A DNA stretch of 44,168 bases, the filler included, from Sphacelaria rigidula (lineage: Eukaryota), in NCBI GenBank assembly GCA_964200075.2. It is 2 parts of 2 records of this genome, joined end to end, with 100 filler letters (N's around TTAATTAATTAA, not from the genome) between each part and the next. Parts side by side here need not be neighbours in the genome. Positions count along the whole stretch, not along the records: positions 22,136 to 44,168 come from CAXNAA020000364.1; 1 more part is not named here. One strand, 5' to 3'. Positions 34,387 through 44,168 of this stretch are shown piece after piece. The position numbers were made by a program, and so were the translations under genes. The stretch's first letter is position 1. Every line of letters begins with the position of its first letter. Below the pieces are notes generated by a model. It worked only from the letters and a program-made list of their open reading frames with translations, ran no database searches and was not told the DNA's origin.

Positions 34387-37300
34387 TGTTCACGGCTGGT
34401 TGATGGATCGCGAGTCTGCGAGTTGATCGATGGAGTCCGTGAGTGTTTCATCTCGATCAGTCAGGAGCTGCTTGTTCGCTCGGTGGGACAAAAATTGGGA
34501 TGATGTTCTCCAGTATAATGAACAGCTACGATTAGGTTAGAATATTTACGTGCTGAGAATGAGGAACCCTTGCCGTAGTCGAACACCTGTCCCTTCTGCT
34601 GCACTCCACCGAAATCCTTCCAGAATGTGAAACCTATGGGGAGCAGGTTCAGAGCATCACTGCGCGACAAGGAGGCATGGCGTACGTCTGGGCGGAACGG
34701 CGTATCAGATGCCTTGGCGGGGTGGTACAAATGCCAGAGGGCGCGGAACTCGTCGCGTTGCAAGAATGTGAAGCTCTCCGGTACTTTGCTCCCTGATAGC
34801 CATTCTGACACGGCTCCATCCTGACTCTTTCCTCGGTATTTCCAACCTGTAGTTCCTACCGGGGATCTGATTTCGCGACGGTCTATCAGCGTCTGGAGGT
34901 TTGGGTCGCCTTGAAGTATGGTTCCCAGGCAAGGTGGGCAAATTCGTCAGCTATTGAGTGTATCAGGTGAGGTGAGCGTACGTGATACGGCTTGACCTCT
35001 GACGGAGCTACCTTGCGAGTACGTAGTTTCCATCCTTGCATCACTACCTCCACAATGAGCCCCCCCATCAATACTTTTTCTATCCCCCAGGGTCCCGTGT
35101 ACCTGCCGTGGTGCAGTTTCCTGCTTCTGCCATTCCATTACCTTGAACTCTCTATCTCCCGGATCATCGACAGGTTTTCTCGCTTAACTGACACACCTAC
35201 TGACGGTCTAGATATGGTAGCGTTACTGCTGGCTTGTGCCGTTACTTTCGTTACCTGTTTTTCTTTCCAGAGCCGGCCTCACCTCGCATAGCTTCTATTT
35301 GTGGTGATCTACGAAAGCGTCCTGTCCCTTGCTCGATCCTGCTTTTTGAAGAAGGCACAAGCGAGTCTAGCAATGTAAGCGGTTTGCGGCCTCATGATAA
35401 CTCGAAGGGTCATATATCAGGGGGAAGCGACGTGTCAGGCAATGTGCGCTTGATCCCAAAGGCGGGTGAGACGTATTCATCCCACTTCTGGGACCATGGC
35501 CTGCAAAGCTCCGACAGCATGTCTAACAACTATCTTGCCAGTCTCTGGACTGCGCCCTGAGCGCGTGGGTGATCTGCCGGTCCGAAAATCATGTCAGCTT
35601 CCAATCACCTCCACTGATGGGTGATTACCTCGGCCCTGAATTATTTACTTCTGCCACAGCGAATCTTTTGAGGGACACCGAAGGTTAGGCAGAATCCCGC
35701 GAGCATACGGGCTACCCTGTCGGCTTGTTTCGATGGCAAAGAAAGCCCGAAGAGGAATCGAGGAGCGCGATTAACTCTTGGGAGAATGTACTTATTCTGT
35801 GAATGTGACGTAGCACCAATCACTAGCAAGTCGATCTCTACCCCATCCCATGGGTCTACCGCACGCCCCGGCCTCATTGTCATTTGACGACTGCTAGCCC
35901 TCTTACGCCTCCTCCAAGTGCAAGACAGTACGTATTGCCCAGTGTCTTTCGTCATCGTTGCCCAAGGCTAGGGTGGCGTCTACTTCAGCGTGTCCGTGGA
36001 ATGTGTGAACGAGTGCTAACAGGTCGGCAATCATTATTTTCGGAACAGCTAGCAACGGCTTATCTTCGACTCGTTGGTATCGTGATATGTCTTGCCCGTA
36101 TCTCTTGTGACCCGACCTCTGTCCTACCACTTCGGCTGGCCCGTTTCTGCTCAGTTCCGGTCGAAACTGTTCCAGAAATGGGTCTCATTGTTGGTGACGC
36201 TTCAGGTTGGTTGAACTAGTAAGAGTCAGCACGGCACAATCCTTCGCCGCTGTGTCCATCAAGCCGAGGTCTGCGGATTAACTCGATCGGCACCTCCCTC
36301 CTGCCGACAGCATTTCTCCTACCTCCGTTCGTGTGTTGATTGTTCGCGGAATGACAGAAGCTGACAACTGTGATGGACCCTCGATCGACATACAGTTACC
36401 CCCACCTGCTCTGGTGTCCAGCAAAGCCTCTGTTGGCCACGACCGACGCCAACGCCGTCTATGCCAGATCTCGCCCGCTGCCCAGAGTTGGCTTCCGGGG
36501 CGTTTAGCGGTCGTTGCCGGAGTTGACCGCCACAGGATCCCCAGGTCATTTGTACCTGAGGGGCACTTCCATGCGTCGGTCGAGGCATCGGCACTGGCGT
36601 CTGCTCCTGATGTTTCGGCCAGAAAATATTGGGTTTCGGTGAATGCTGCAAGCCGGCGTTGGGAAATGGCGGCTTTGGGGCCGGTATGTAACCCACTATA
36701 GTGTGAAGGAATGACGCCGTCTATGGAAGGGGGGTTGCCCCGGTGACGGCATGAGCCAGTGAATGCTTGACCGAAGCGGATCTTGTGCTCGCACACAAAA
36801 GCGACGAATGCTTCTCTTCCGGCCGAGACAGGAGACATTGACGGCTCAGTAGATTAAGCCGATCCGGTCGCTTGAGCAGATGCGGCGGTGCCTGCTGGTA
36901 GTGAAGAAGTGCTACTGGACTGGGGTGCCGGGGGTTTTACCTGCGTACAAACTGCCCGGTGAGCGACTGCATGCTCCGGCTAAGTCATGATGCACGGGCC
37001 TGTCGAATTTCGGTTGCTTCACGAACGGACGCCGTGTAGGCCTGGTGCAATTGCTAGTTGTCTTTTCAAAGCCGCGACGGCGGGTGCTGTAGCGTGGGGG
37101 ACGGCCGACACCTGGAGGTGGACGGGCATAGCGGGTACCGACGGGGCGAGGGGAGCTTCGGGGGAAGGGAAGAGTTCGGCATGACGTTGCTGCAGTATCG
37201 ATGCGAAGTGTGAAGGCGACTGTAGCGAGTTGTTTACCTCGAGGGAACATAGCCGCCGGGCTTCCCACCGCAGTGGACATTTCGTGTGTGACTGCGTGAG

Positions 37301-37623
37301 TTGCACCACATGCCAACAGTAGTCGTTCTGCCGCCGCACTCCATGGCTTGTTGGGGTATAGGATGGAAGGTGCGAGAGCCTGACGCGCAAAGTGCGCGGA
37401 GCCACTCACCGTGGCTTCATCGCGGTCGAGGATGCAGCAGTCAGTGATGGTAACAGTGTTGGGTTGAACGAATTCTATTTCACCCGAGATGCGATACACG
37501 GGGGCTCTGTCAGCGGAGGTCAATGCGGTGAAAGTGCTTCTAGCTTCTGCTAAAAATTCTGTCAGGAGATCACGCCTACGCGCCGAGTACTTGTCCACCT
37601 GGGTTAGTCACTTACCGTGAACA
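34387..37623 (-). mobile_element. Degenerate Ty3/Gypsy-type element: gag-like region, protease remnant, integrase and chromo/Tudor-like tail; RT/RNase H and full LTRs not seen
   Basis: Termini TGTTCACGG (34387) and CCGTGAACA (37623); LLDT protease motif (~36410); integrase HGH..C, PWDGVEIDL..NKYIL..FGVP..FGPADHPRAQGAVQRL..WDEYV (~35460-36060); tail WKYRGK..SEWL..FRALWHLY..IGFTFWKDFG..GQVFD. Confidence 0.85.
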
Positions 37624-38129
37624 TACTCGTACAAGCACGCGAGCCGTGGGTTGCGAAGTGCAAGCGTCCACTTAATTTGTAATAGGTGTGTCTACATGCG
37701 TCTAGCACAGGGGGCACAGGACCAAGGAGCCCGTTGCAGTACTAAATCAAACCGAGACTCACGTGCACGTGCAGTGCAGGTGTCTGGAATGCAAGCAGGA
37801 TCTTTACCAGTAGACGGCCGATGGCTCCTTTAGTCAGGCTTTCAGCTGGGTGTAGCTATGATTCTGAACGGCAGGGGGGGTGCACACCAAACCAGACCGG
37901 AATATGACACCCGTAATACGCAAATATAGTACGACCTCCCACACACAACAAGCGTCCTCCGAAACACCTTTTGCCCGTAAGGCTGATATCAGCTGCAACA
38001 ACACATTTGTAAAGTGTAAATGGCGAGCTTGCAGAGATATACTTGGAGGTGGTCTACCGAAGACGAGCAGGCTCGTGTGTTTTCACCATCCTCCGAGCGA
38101 TATTGTTGAGGCAATATCGCCTGAACAAT

Positions 38130-38640
38130 ACAGGTATGCTCCATGACGAAAACCTTTTCTGAACGGACAACGGATGCTCCTCTTCTCAGTCGGCGAACAA
38201 AAATCCTTGAAAAATATCAGAGGTTCAGGTAGTTCTGGCTTGCGCCCGTTCCGATTTGGAGACATCAATATAGGAACATACTCGTTCTGACGGACTTCGC
38301 GATGTTGGAGCACCTAGGGCACTACGAGCGACATGCCTTTAGAGCGGGTGCGTGTGTATTCTTCGCTCGCCCGGACCCACCACGAAGTCGACATCTACAT
38401 ATGGTTTTCAGTGTTGAGTTGCATAGAGAATCTATGGTCGCGAGGGGTTGTTTTGTCATCACGATCCCCTTCAGCGCATACTTCAGAACCTCGGCGGTAT
38501 TGTTGTCGGTCCTCATAGCTTTTCCTCGTCTCCCATCTGTGGTAGAGAGATGCTCTTCTCATAGCATTCGATACTTTGCCTCCATGTGGGCGATCGGCAC
38601 ACCGGTTGGCGTGCCGCATTTGTAGCCGCGAGTCTTGGAG
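38130..38640 (-). pseudogene. RTE-like LINE 3' ORF remnant
   Basis: MRTDNN..KYAL..STLKTICRCRLRGG resembles the post-RT region (RTDH..SY..L..E.TIR.RRL.FAG) of RTE LINEs. Confidence 0.4.
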
Positions 38641-39202
38641 CCCCCCTGTACTGTACAGGAAGCTAGCACGATGCCGTTAATCGTCCTTTTTCGAAGGAAA
38701 TCCCAACAGGTGCGTGAGAACAACAGCGGGGGGCGCCTTCGGCTTTGAGATCCACCCTCCAGAGTCTCGCGCCATAATCGTCACCTCCGGCTTTTTCATG
38801 GTGTCGTCGCCAGTCGATGTTGCGCATCGTCCATTTGGGCAACTAGAGCTAGCTGGTCACAACGCCTATTCTTACCCCGCCTGAACAATAGTTAGCCTAT
38901 AGGCTATCAGGCAGCAATTTCTCCGGATGGAGGGCTTCGTGCCGGGGGATGAGCGGATTTCTCGGCCGGATTTGTTTTGTTTTGGAGCGTATTTGGACCG
39001 AGCCGCTTTCGGAGCGGATATTGGGATGGAACGGAGCAGAGCATATTTCTGCTGAAAAGGGTATCAAGACGAACAACGCTCAGTCACTTGATGTCAGATA
39101 GAATCATACTTGACAATCAACGAGACGTTGGGTTTGCACACCGGTTACAAGCGTCAGCTGAGCTACGTTTACCCAGGCAGTTGTTGTCTCTCGTCGTGTG
39201 TG

Positions 39203-39318
39203 CCCTTTTGAACCCATTGATGATTTTGTTTTTGTGAATCGGCATCATTTTCAGTCATTTTCAAGTCAAAATGATGCCGATTCACAAAAACAAAAATCGT
39301 CAATGGGTTCCGAAAGGG
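39203..39318. mobile_element. piggyBac-like hairpin MITE, copy 2
   Basis: CCCTTT..AAAGGG followed by TTAA (right side only); homologous to 3970-4087. Confidence 0.75.
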
Positions 39319-39699
39319 TTAATACGTTCCTCTATTAAGCGCACTCTAGCGAGTACTCTTCGGTAGTACTAAGGAAGCTGCTAAAGAGCTATCTCCAGCT
39401 TCTACTGATGACCGCTGTGGTGCTCTGATGCCGACGGGTTGACAAGCATGACTCACTTTGTTTGCGGTGTCTGGGGGCAACAGGGAGTCAGACGGGTTTC
39501 GTTAACATGTAAACTCGACCTTGTAATGCCGTGCTCTCCATGGGTAACATAAGCCGCTGTTTCGGGTCACCAGATCTGACAAATCTGGGTAGGAGGGACC
39601 TTCCGGCCTGATCCATCCCACGTCACTCTTGGGACGATCTTCGCAGAGACATAAGGGGGTCCTCTGTCGCTTGTGCATCTGCTGTGTCTGTCGGGTCCG

Positions 39700-40130
39700 G
39701 CATCTACGCTACTGGAGATCTGTGACATCATCATGTCAAAGTCGCACTTACAACCATTCGTTCCCTGGCCACCCAACCATACTTCCATATGAACGCTTTG
39801 TTGGTGTCGACGTCTTCGCTTCCGTCGAATCCGAAAACCCTTTACAATCTCATATATATGGGCACGTAGGACCTCTTCGTGAACCGTTAATGCGTCCCCA
39901 AGGCAAAACCAAAAATTTCATGTCGTATCCAAAACCCTCATCCGTTACTTCAGGGATATATTCGTGCGGGACGCCTTCGCGTCCGTCCTTTGCCCCAGCT
40001 CACGATCGATTGAGTTCAAGACTCAATTGGTCGCCGATTCCAACGGCCAAATCCCCTTCCATCACTTCAGATGCCTGTTACTGTTGGAATTTCAGCACTC
40101 AATACGGCATTTACTCCCAGAGCACCACCA
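39700..40130 (-). pseudogene. Possible LINE (post-RT) remnant
   Basis: Fragments ASEVMEG and GYDM are weakly similar to the LINE 'EYAxEVW(EG)' and 'RGDM' region. Confidence 0.2.
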
Positions 40131-42975
40131 GCTAGGCTCACCTCCTCATCCGAAGCTTCCCAAGGGACATACGATGTTCAATGCGTGCACGGGTTTCTTG
40201 TTTCCGCTTGCGCTTCTGACGCCTGCAGAGTAGTTGTGAACTCGACCTGACGCATCGACCTATCCCCTTGTACAACGTGTTTTTTTCTCCGAGTATATTC
40301 CTCCCGACTCTGTCGATATACTACGTCTAAGGAAGAAGACGCGCGAACGTGCTCCTGAACCAGTATTGTAGCACACGGCTCTCGCGCGACCGTGGACCTA
40401 TAGGATAGACCGTTGAAACACAAGAAGATTGAATATAAGTGCACTCAGACCGGAAAACACCATCTTAAGACGGGAAGCAAAACGGGTAAACAGGTAGGCA
40501 ACTTACTCCCAAAACAAGGAGGGGATACCTGGATATAACCGAAGTATCTGTGAGCAGATGAGGATCTTGTACAACCAAGAACCGTTCTCTCGACATTGTT
40601 TCTCAACTCTTCGTATGACGGAAGCGTATTCATCCAACAGAGAGGTGGAGGTGAAGGGTCGTGCTGGTTCTGCCGATGCATTGGTTTTGTCACATTCTTG
40701 TTCAGGTCCCATACATGTCCAGAAGACGTCGTTTTTCCTCATGTTTTCGACACGTGCCTTGTTGGCCAACTACTTGGACTTCCAGAGTTATGCTGAGTTT
40801 TGTACCCGCTGCAATGAGGACACTAAGGGCCCTTATTAACGGCTTCTATTTTTCAAAACTTCAACTCATTCTCAAAGAATTCCGGGAGAATGTTTTTTTT
40901 TCATCTTTTGTCTGATAATGAAGCGCAGGGGGGACTGCTCATAAGAATGATGGCAACTGACCTGGCGGACGTCCGGACGCCTGTCAGGCCGCTGTTCGAC
41001 ATGACGGGACCGAGGCCTCGATCGCTGCCCTAATATTTCCAGTCATTGATGAACCTTCTGCGGGCATCCCACGTGCAGCTGGACCAAGTAGAAAACACCG
41101 CGGAATGACCGACGAGGGTTGGCAGGTGGTGCGAAAGGTGTGGTTCCCGAGAGCACATCCAGTGAACTAACTGGCCAGGTAGCTTCCCCGCGTGTGGTGA
41201 ATGGGCCGAAGGCAAATGACTGTACACTCGTGTCGCTGTCTGATTCGCTCGGTAAATAGCGCTTTGTTGTTCGGGAGGCAGTGATGGGGGGATATCACTC
41301 GGCGGGAGGGAGGGAGGGAGTTTGTTGAACTGAAGGTAAGTTACAGCTTCCATTTGTTTACATTTCGCTGATCAACGACATGAGCTGATTAACATGAGTT
41401 AGCTTTGGCATAATGTGAGCAAAATTTAGACTGTGGAGGATATTTTAGATGTCACACGGGGTACGGGGTGGCATGAAAAAGGGTCGCGGGGGGCCGGGAC
41501 GGACGGACTGTTCGTCGGGAATTAAGCGATTTGAATGTGTTGACCGTTGAAATATTTCCATGGCCAGCACATTGTAGTAGATTCAAACAGTACGCACGAG
41601 TCACGAAACGAGATGAAGACATGAAATTAGCGTACTCCGGGCGTGTCGGGCTTGGAAACACTTGGCAGACATGACTTTCGTATTTGGCTGGCATGACTGG
41701 CGGTGGAGAGGGGTGTACCAATGATCTCGCATGCGGTAGTCATAGACCATTGAACTCTCACAGTACAAAGCCGGGACGGAGCACGCCGGGTCTTCGCCGG
41801 ACCAGGCTCACAATCACTGAGCGCGAAGCGCCGTCATGTGTTTGGCGAGTCGCATGAAGGGTGAGCTGCATCGTGCCAAGATTGTTCGGCCGGAGGCGTA
41901 CTGATTATCTTGCATATGGATGGCAGCCTCCAATGAGTTGTTTCATTCTCTGGTATCGGAACTTTCAGGGACAGCCACGAGTTTCACACTGCCTCATGGT
42001 TGTCTCACTATTTGACCACTAAGCAATATGCTAATCTCTTTTGCGCAGAGTTAGGTTCTCCACTCCACATAACGTGATATAGCCCGGCAGTCATCACGGT
42101 CACCGCAAAAAAATGCGAGCGAAAAAAGTCTGGTCACCTAGTTGCATAGCTTTCGCAGGGAGTGGCGTGTTTTAAAGCATCGTTCGCCGACTGACACCAA
42201 CCCTCAAAAGGGAGCGGGGAGGGGAAGGCTCACGGAGAAAGACTTTCGGGCGTTTCGGCACTCGTATGATATCGTTTTCCATCTATGGACTGCAAGAGTA
42301 CGACAGAGAGATCATCTCAACGAAGCTGAACACTCCGGGCATGGGGGAGGGAGCGTGAAAGAAGACTCCGGTAGAACTTGACGTTTTACGTCGCTCATTC
42401 GTGAGTGAACGGCCTGAGCAACGTCTTGTGGTCAGCATGAAAATATAACCAGCACACGAGTTTCGCCGTACAGAAAATACACAAGTGACTCGATGCCCAC
42501 CATAGCCAATGACCTGAAGGCGTCAATTAGATATAGGTTTTTGAGCAGTACCATACGTCGTGTTCGGCCGCCGTCAGGGAATGCATTGCCTTGGCATGCT
42601 TTTCTCAGGCGAGTGTGACAATTGTCGAAAACATTTTACATTTTCCAGGAATTCCAAGATTGTATTGTTTCGTTCATATCGCCGAGGCAAGACTGATTGA
42701 CTTAATTAAAATCCGGACGTGGTCACAAGATGGATGTACCCAAGGTGAACAAAACGGAACACTCGCCAAAAGCACTCGCTAGAGGAAGCTCCAGAAAGGC
42801 GGAGAACGAAAGGAGAGAGACCCGACTTGATCCCCCTCCCACCGCGATGATAGTCCTTTTGAGTCATGTATTTCTTTTTCCAAGTGAAAGTGATCCTGAT
42901 TCAACGAATGACCTACTCTCGCCGTCCAAGGGTTAACTGAAGGAAGAGATGCAGGACGGAACAAAAATGCTCACG

Positions 42976-43370
42976 ACACGGAATTTTACAAAAGGGGGAT
43001 GAGAGCCCGAAGAATGAAAGTCTTTGTATCCACACCAAATCTTCGAAAAATAGTTCAATTCCTTCACCTTGTGGTAGCTCTTGACAACTGCTACACGTGA
43101 TACAAATTTGAATGCTGATAACCGACATGTTGCGATCCTAGGCGAAGAAACAATCATTGGGCAATATAGGTGATCCGACCGGACCCCAAAATTGGTGAAT
43201 CACCTAGGACCCCAACATTTCGGTTGTCGAAATCCAAAGCTGCATGGCGTGTAGTAGTTGTCAATAGCTACCAGCAAGTGAAGAAATATGACAATATTTT
43301 GAAGATTTGGCGTGGGTACGAAGATTTTTATTATCGGGGTTCTCATCCCCAATTTATAAAATCCCGTGTT
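42976..43370. mobile_element. Foldback MITE, copy 2 (family of 11761-12188)
   Basis: Shares gtagtagttgtcaatagctaccagcaagtgaagaaat and tctttgtatccacaccaa with copy 1; same inverted-arm layout. Confidence 0.8.
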
Positions 43371-44084
43371 TCACTCACACATTCACACGCACAGGTAGAT
43401 GAAAGAAGAAGGAGTGGAAGGAAAAGGAAGGGGGGAAAACAGTACCGGCCCTGCTGGTGGAAAATGAACACAAGACGGTCGACCCCTGTCCCACGGCTTC
43501 GGGTGTTCTTACTCTCATATGTCTGCGTTCTTGCCCTCTCTCATGTCCAGGCGATTTACGAGCAATGCTACGGTAGGGGTGCACTTTTTTCGCGAAATTT
43601 TGTTCGGTTCAGGGACTGCTAACGATTCTTGACGCACAAGAATATGGGTCAGGGCATCCCCGCTTGCAGATTAATTCGTGATACCCCCAGCACATTGGAA
43701 AAGTAATCCTGATATACTCTCGCATATTTTCATAAGTCGTGTTTTGGAGGTGATAAAGGGCTCCTAACAATTCTAACCTCGGAAAAATTTAGTGTACCCC
43801 TGCCGCAGCATTACTCTTGCGTCGAAATGATAATCTATCAGATCGGAATTTTGCTTTCTGCCGCACTTTTCCCATCTGGAGATGAACTGCTTCGACACAC
43901 CCTCTCGGGTGCTGGGGAATCGAAATATTGTGACATGAACTTTCACCGGCTAGCTCTGTAGGAGCGAGACACGAACACTGCTACAGCATGAGAGTAAGAA
44001 TACACGTGAACGCGCTGAGTGTCAGGTGGAGTACTGTAAGAAAGAACCGTGGGGAAACACGAAGCAGAATCCGGTAAAAAAGCG

Positions 44085-44160
44085 CCCCCCCCCCCCACCA
44101 CCCCCCCCCCCCCCCCCCCCCCCCCCCCACCGAAAAAACCCACCCCCCCCCCCCCGCCCC
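44085..44160 (+). repeat. Poly-C low-complexity tract
   Basis: Interrupted C homopolymer at the end of the window. Confidence 0.85.
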
Positions 44161-44168
44161 GCAGACAC

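Noticed and set aside
40400-40830. Minus-strand protein-like ORF 40503-40769
   Set aside because: Short, interrupted by stops, and no identifiable family.

Overview
Eukaryotic nuclear DNA, most likely a brown alga (Phaeophyceae). This is inferred from the GT-AG intron style and from the Gypsy, DIRS and LINE protein remnants; no search was run. An artificial 100-nt linker (44 N + TTAATTAATTAA + 44 N, 22036-22135) splits the window, so the two halves may not be adjacent in vivo. The left half holds two divergent multi-exon genes reconstructed by hand from splice sites and frame phase: an inositol polyphosphate 5-phosphatase (minus strand, ATG 8636, running off the left edge) and an 8-exon, about 831-aa ARM-repeat protein with an N-terminal Btk-like zinc motif (plus strand, 12950-20014). 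The right half has no intact host gene. It holds hAT- and Harbinger-type MITEs, foldback elements, and DIRS, LINE, possible KDZ and RT-less Gypsy-integrase relics. The most unusual feature is a 728-bp non-coding element (20726-21453) with TG..CA ends and a 5-bp TSD. It is built from four ~80-bp palindromes that join ~215-bp modules in both orientations at an AGC|GCT axis. Most short ORFs in the supplied track are spurious.
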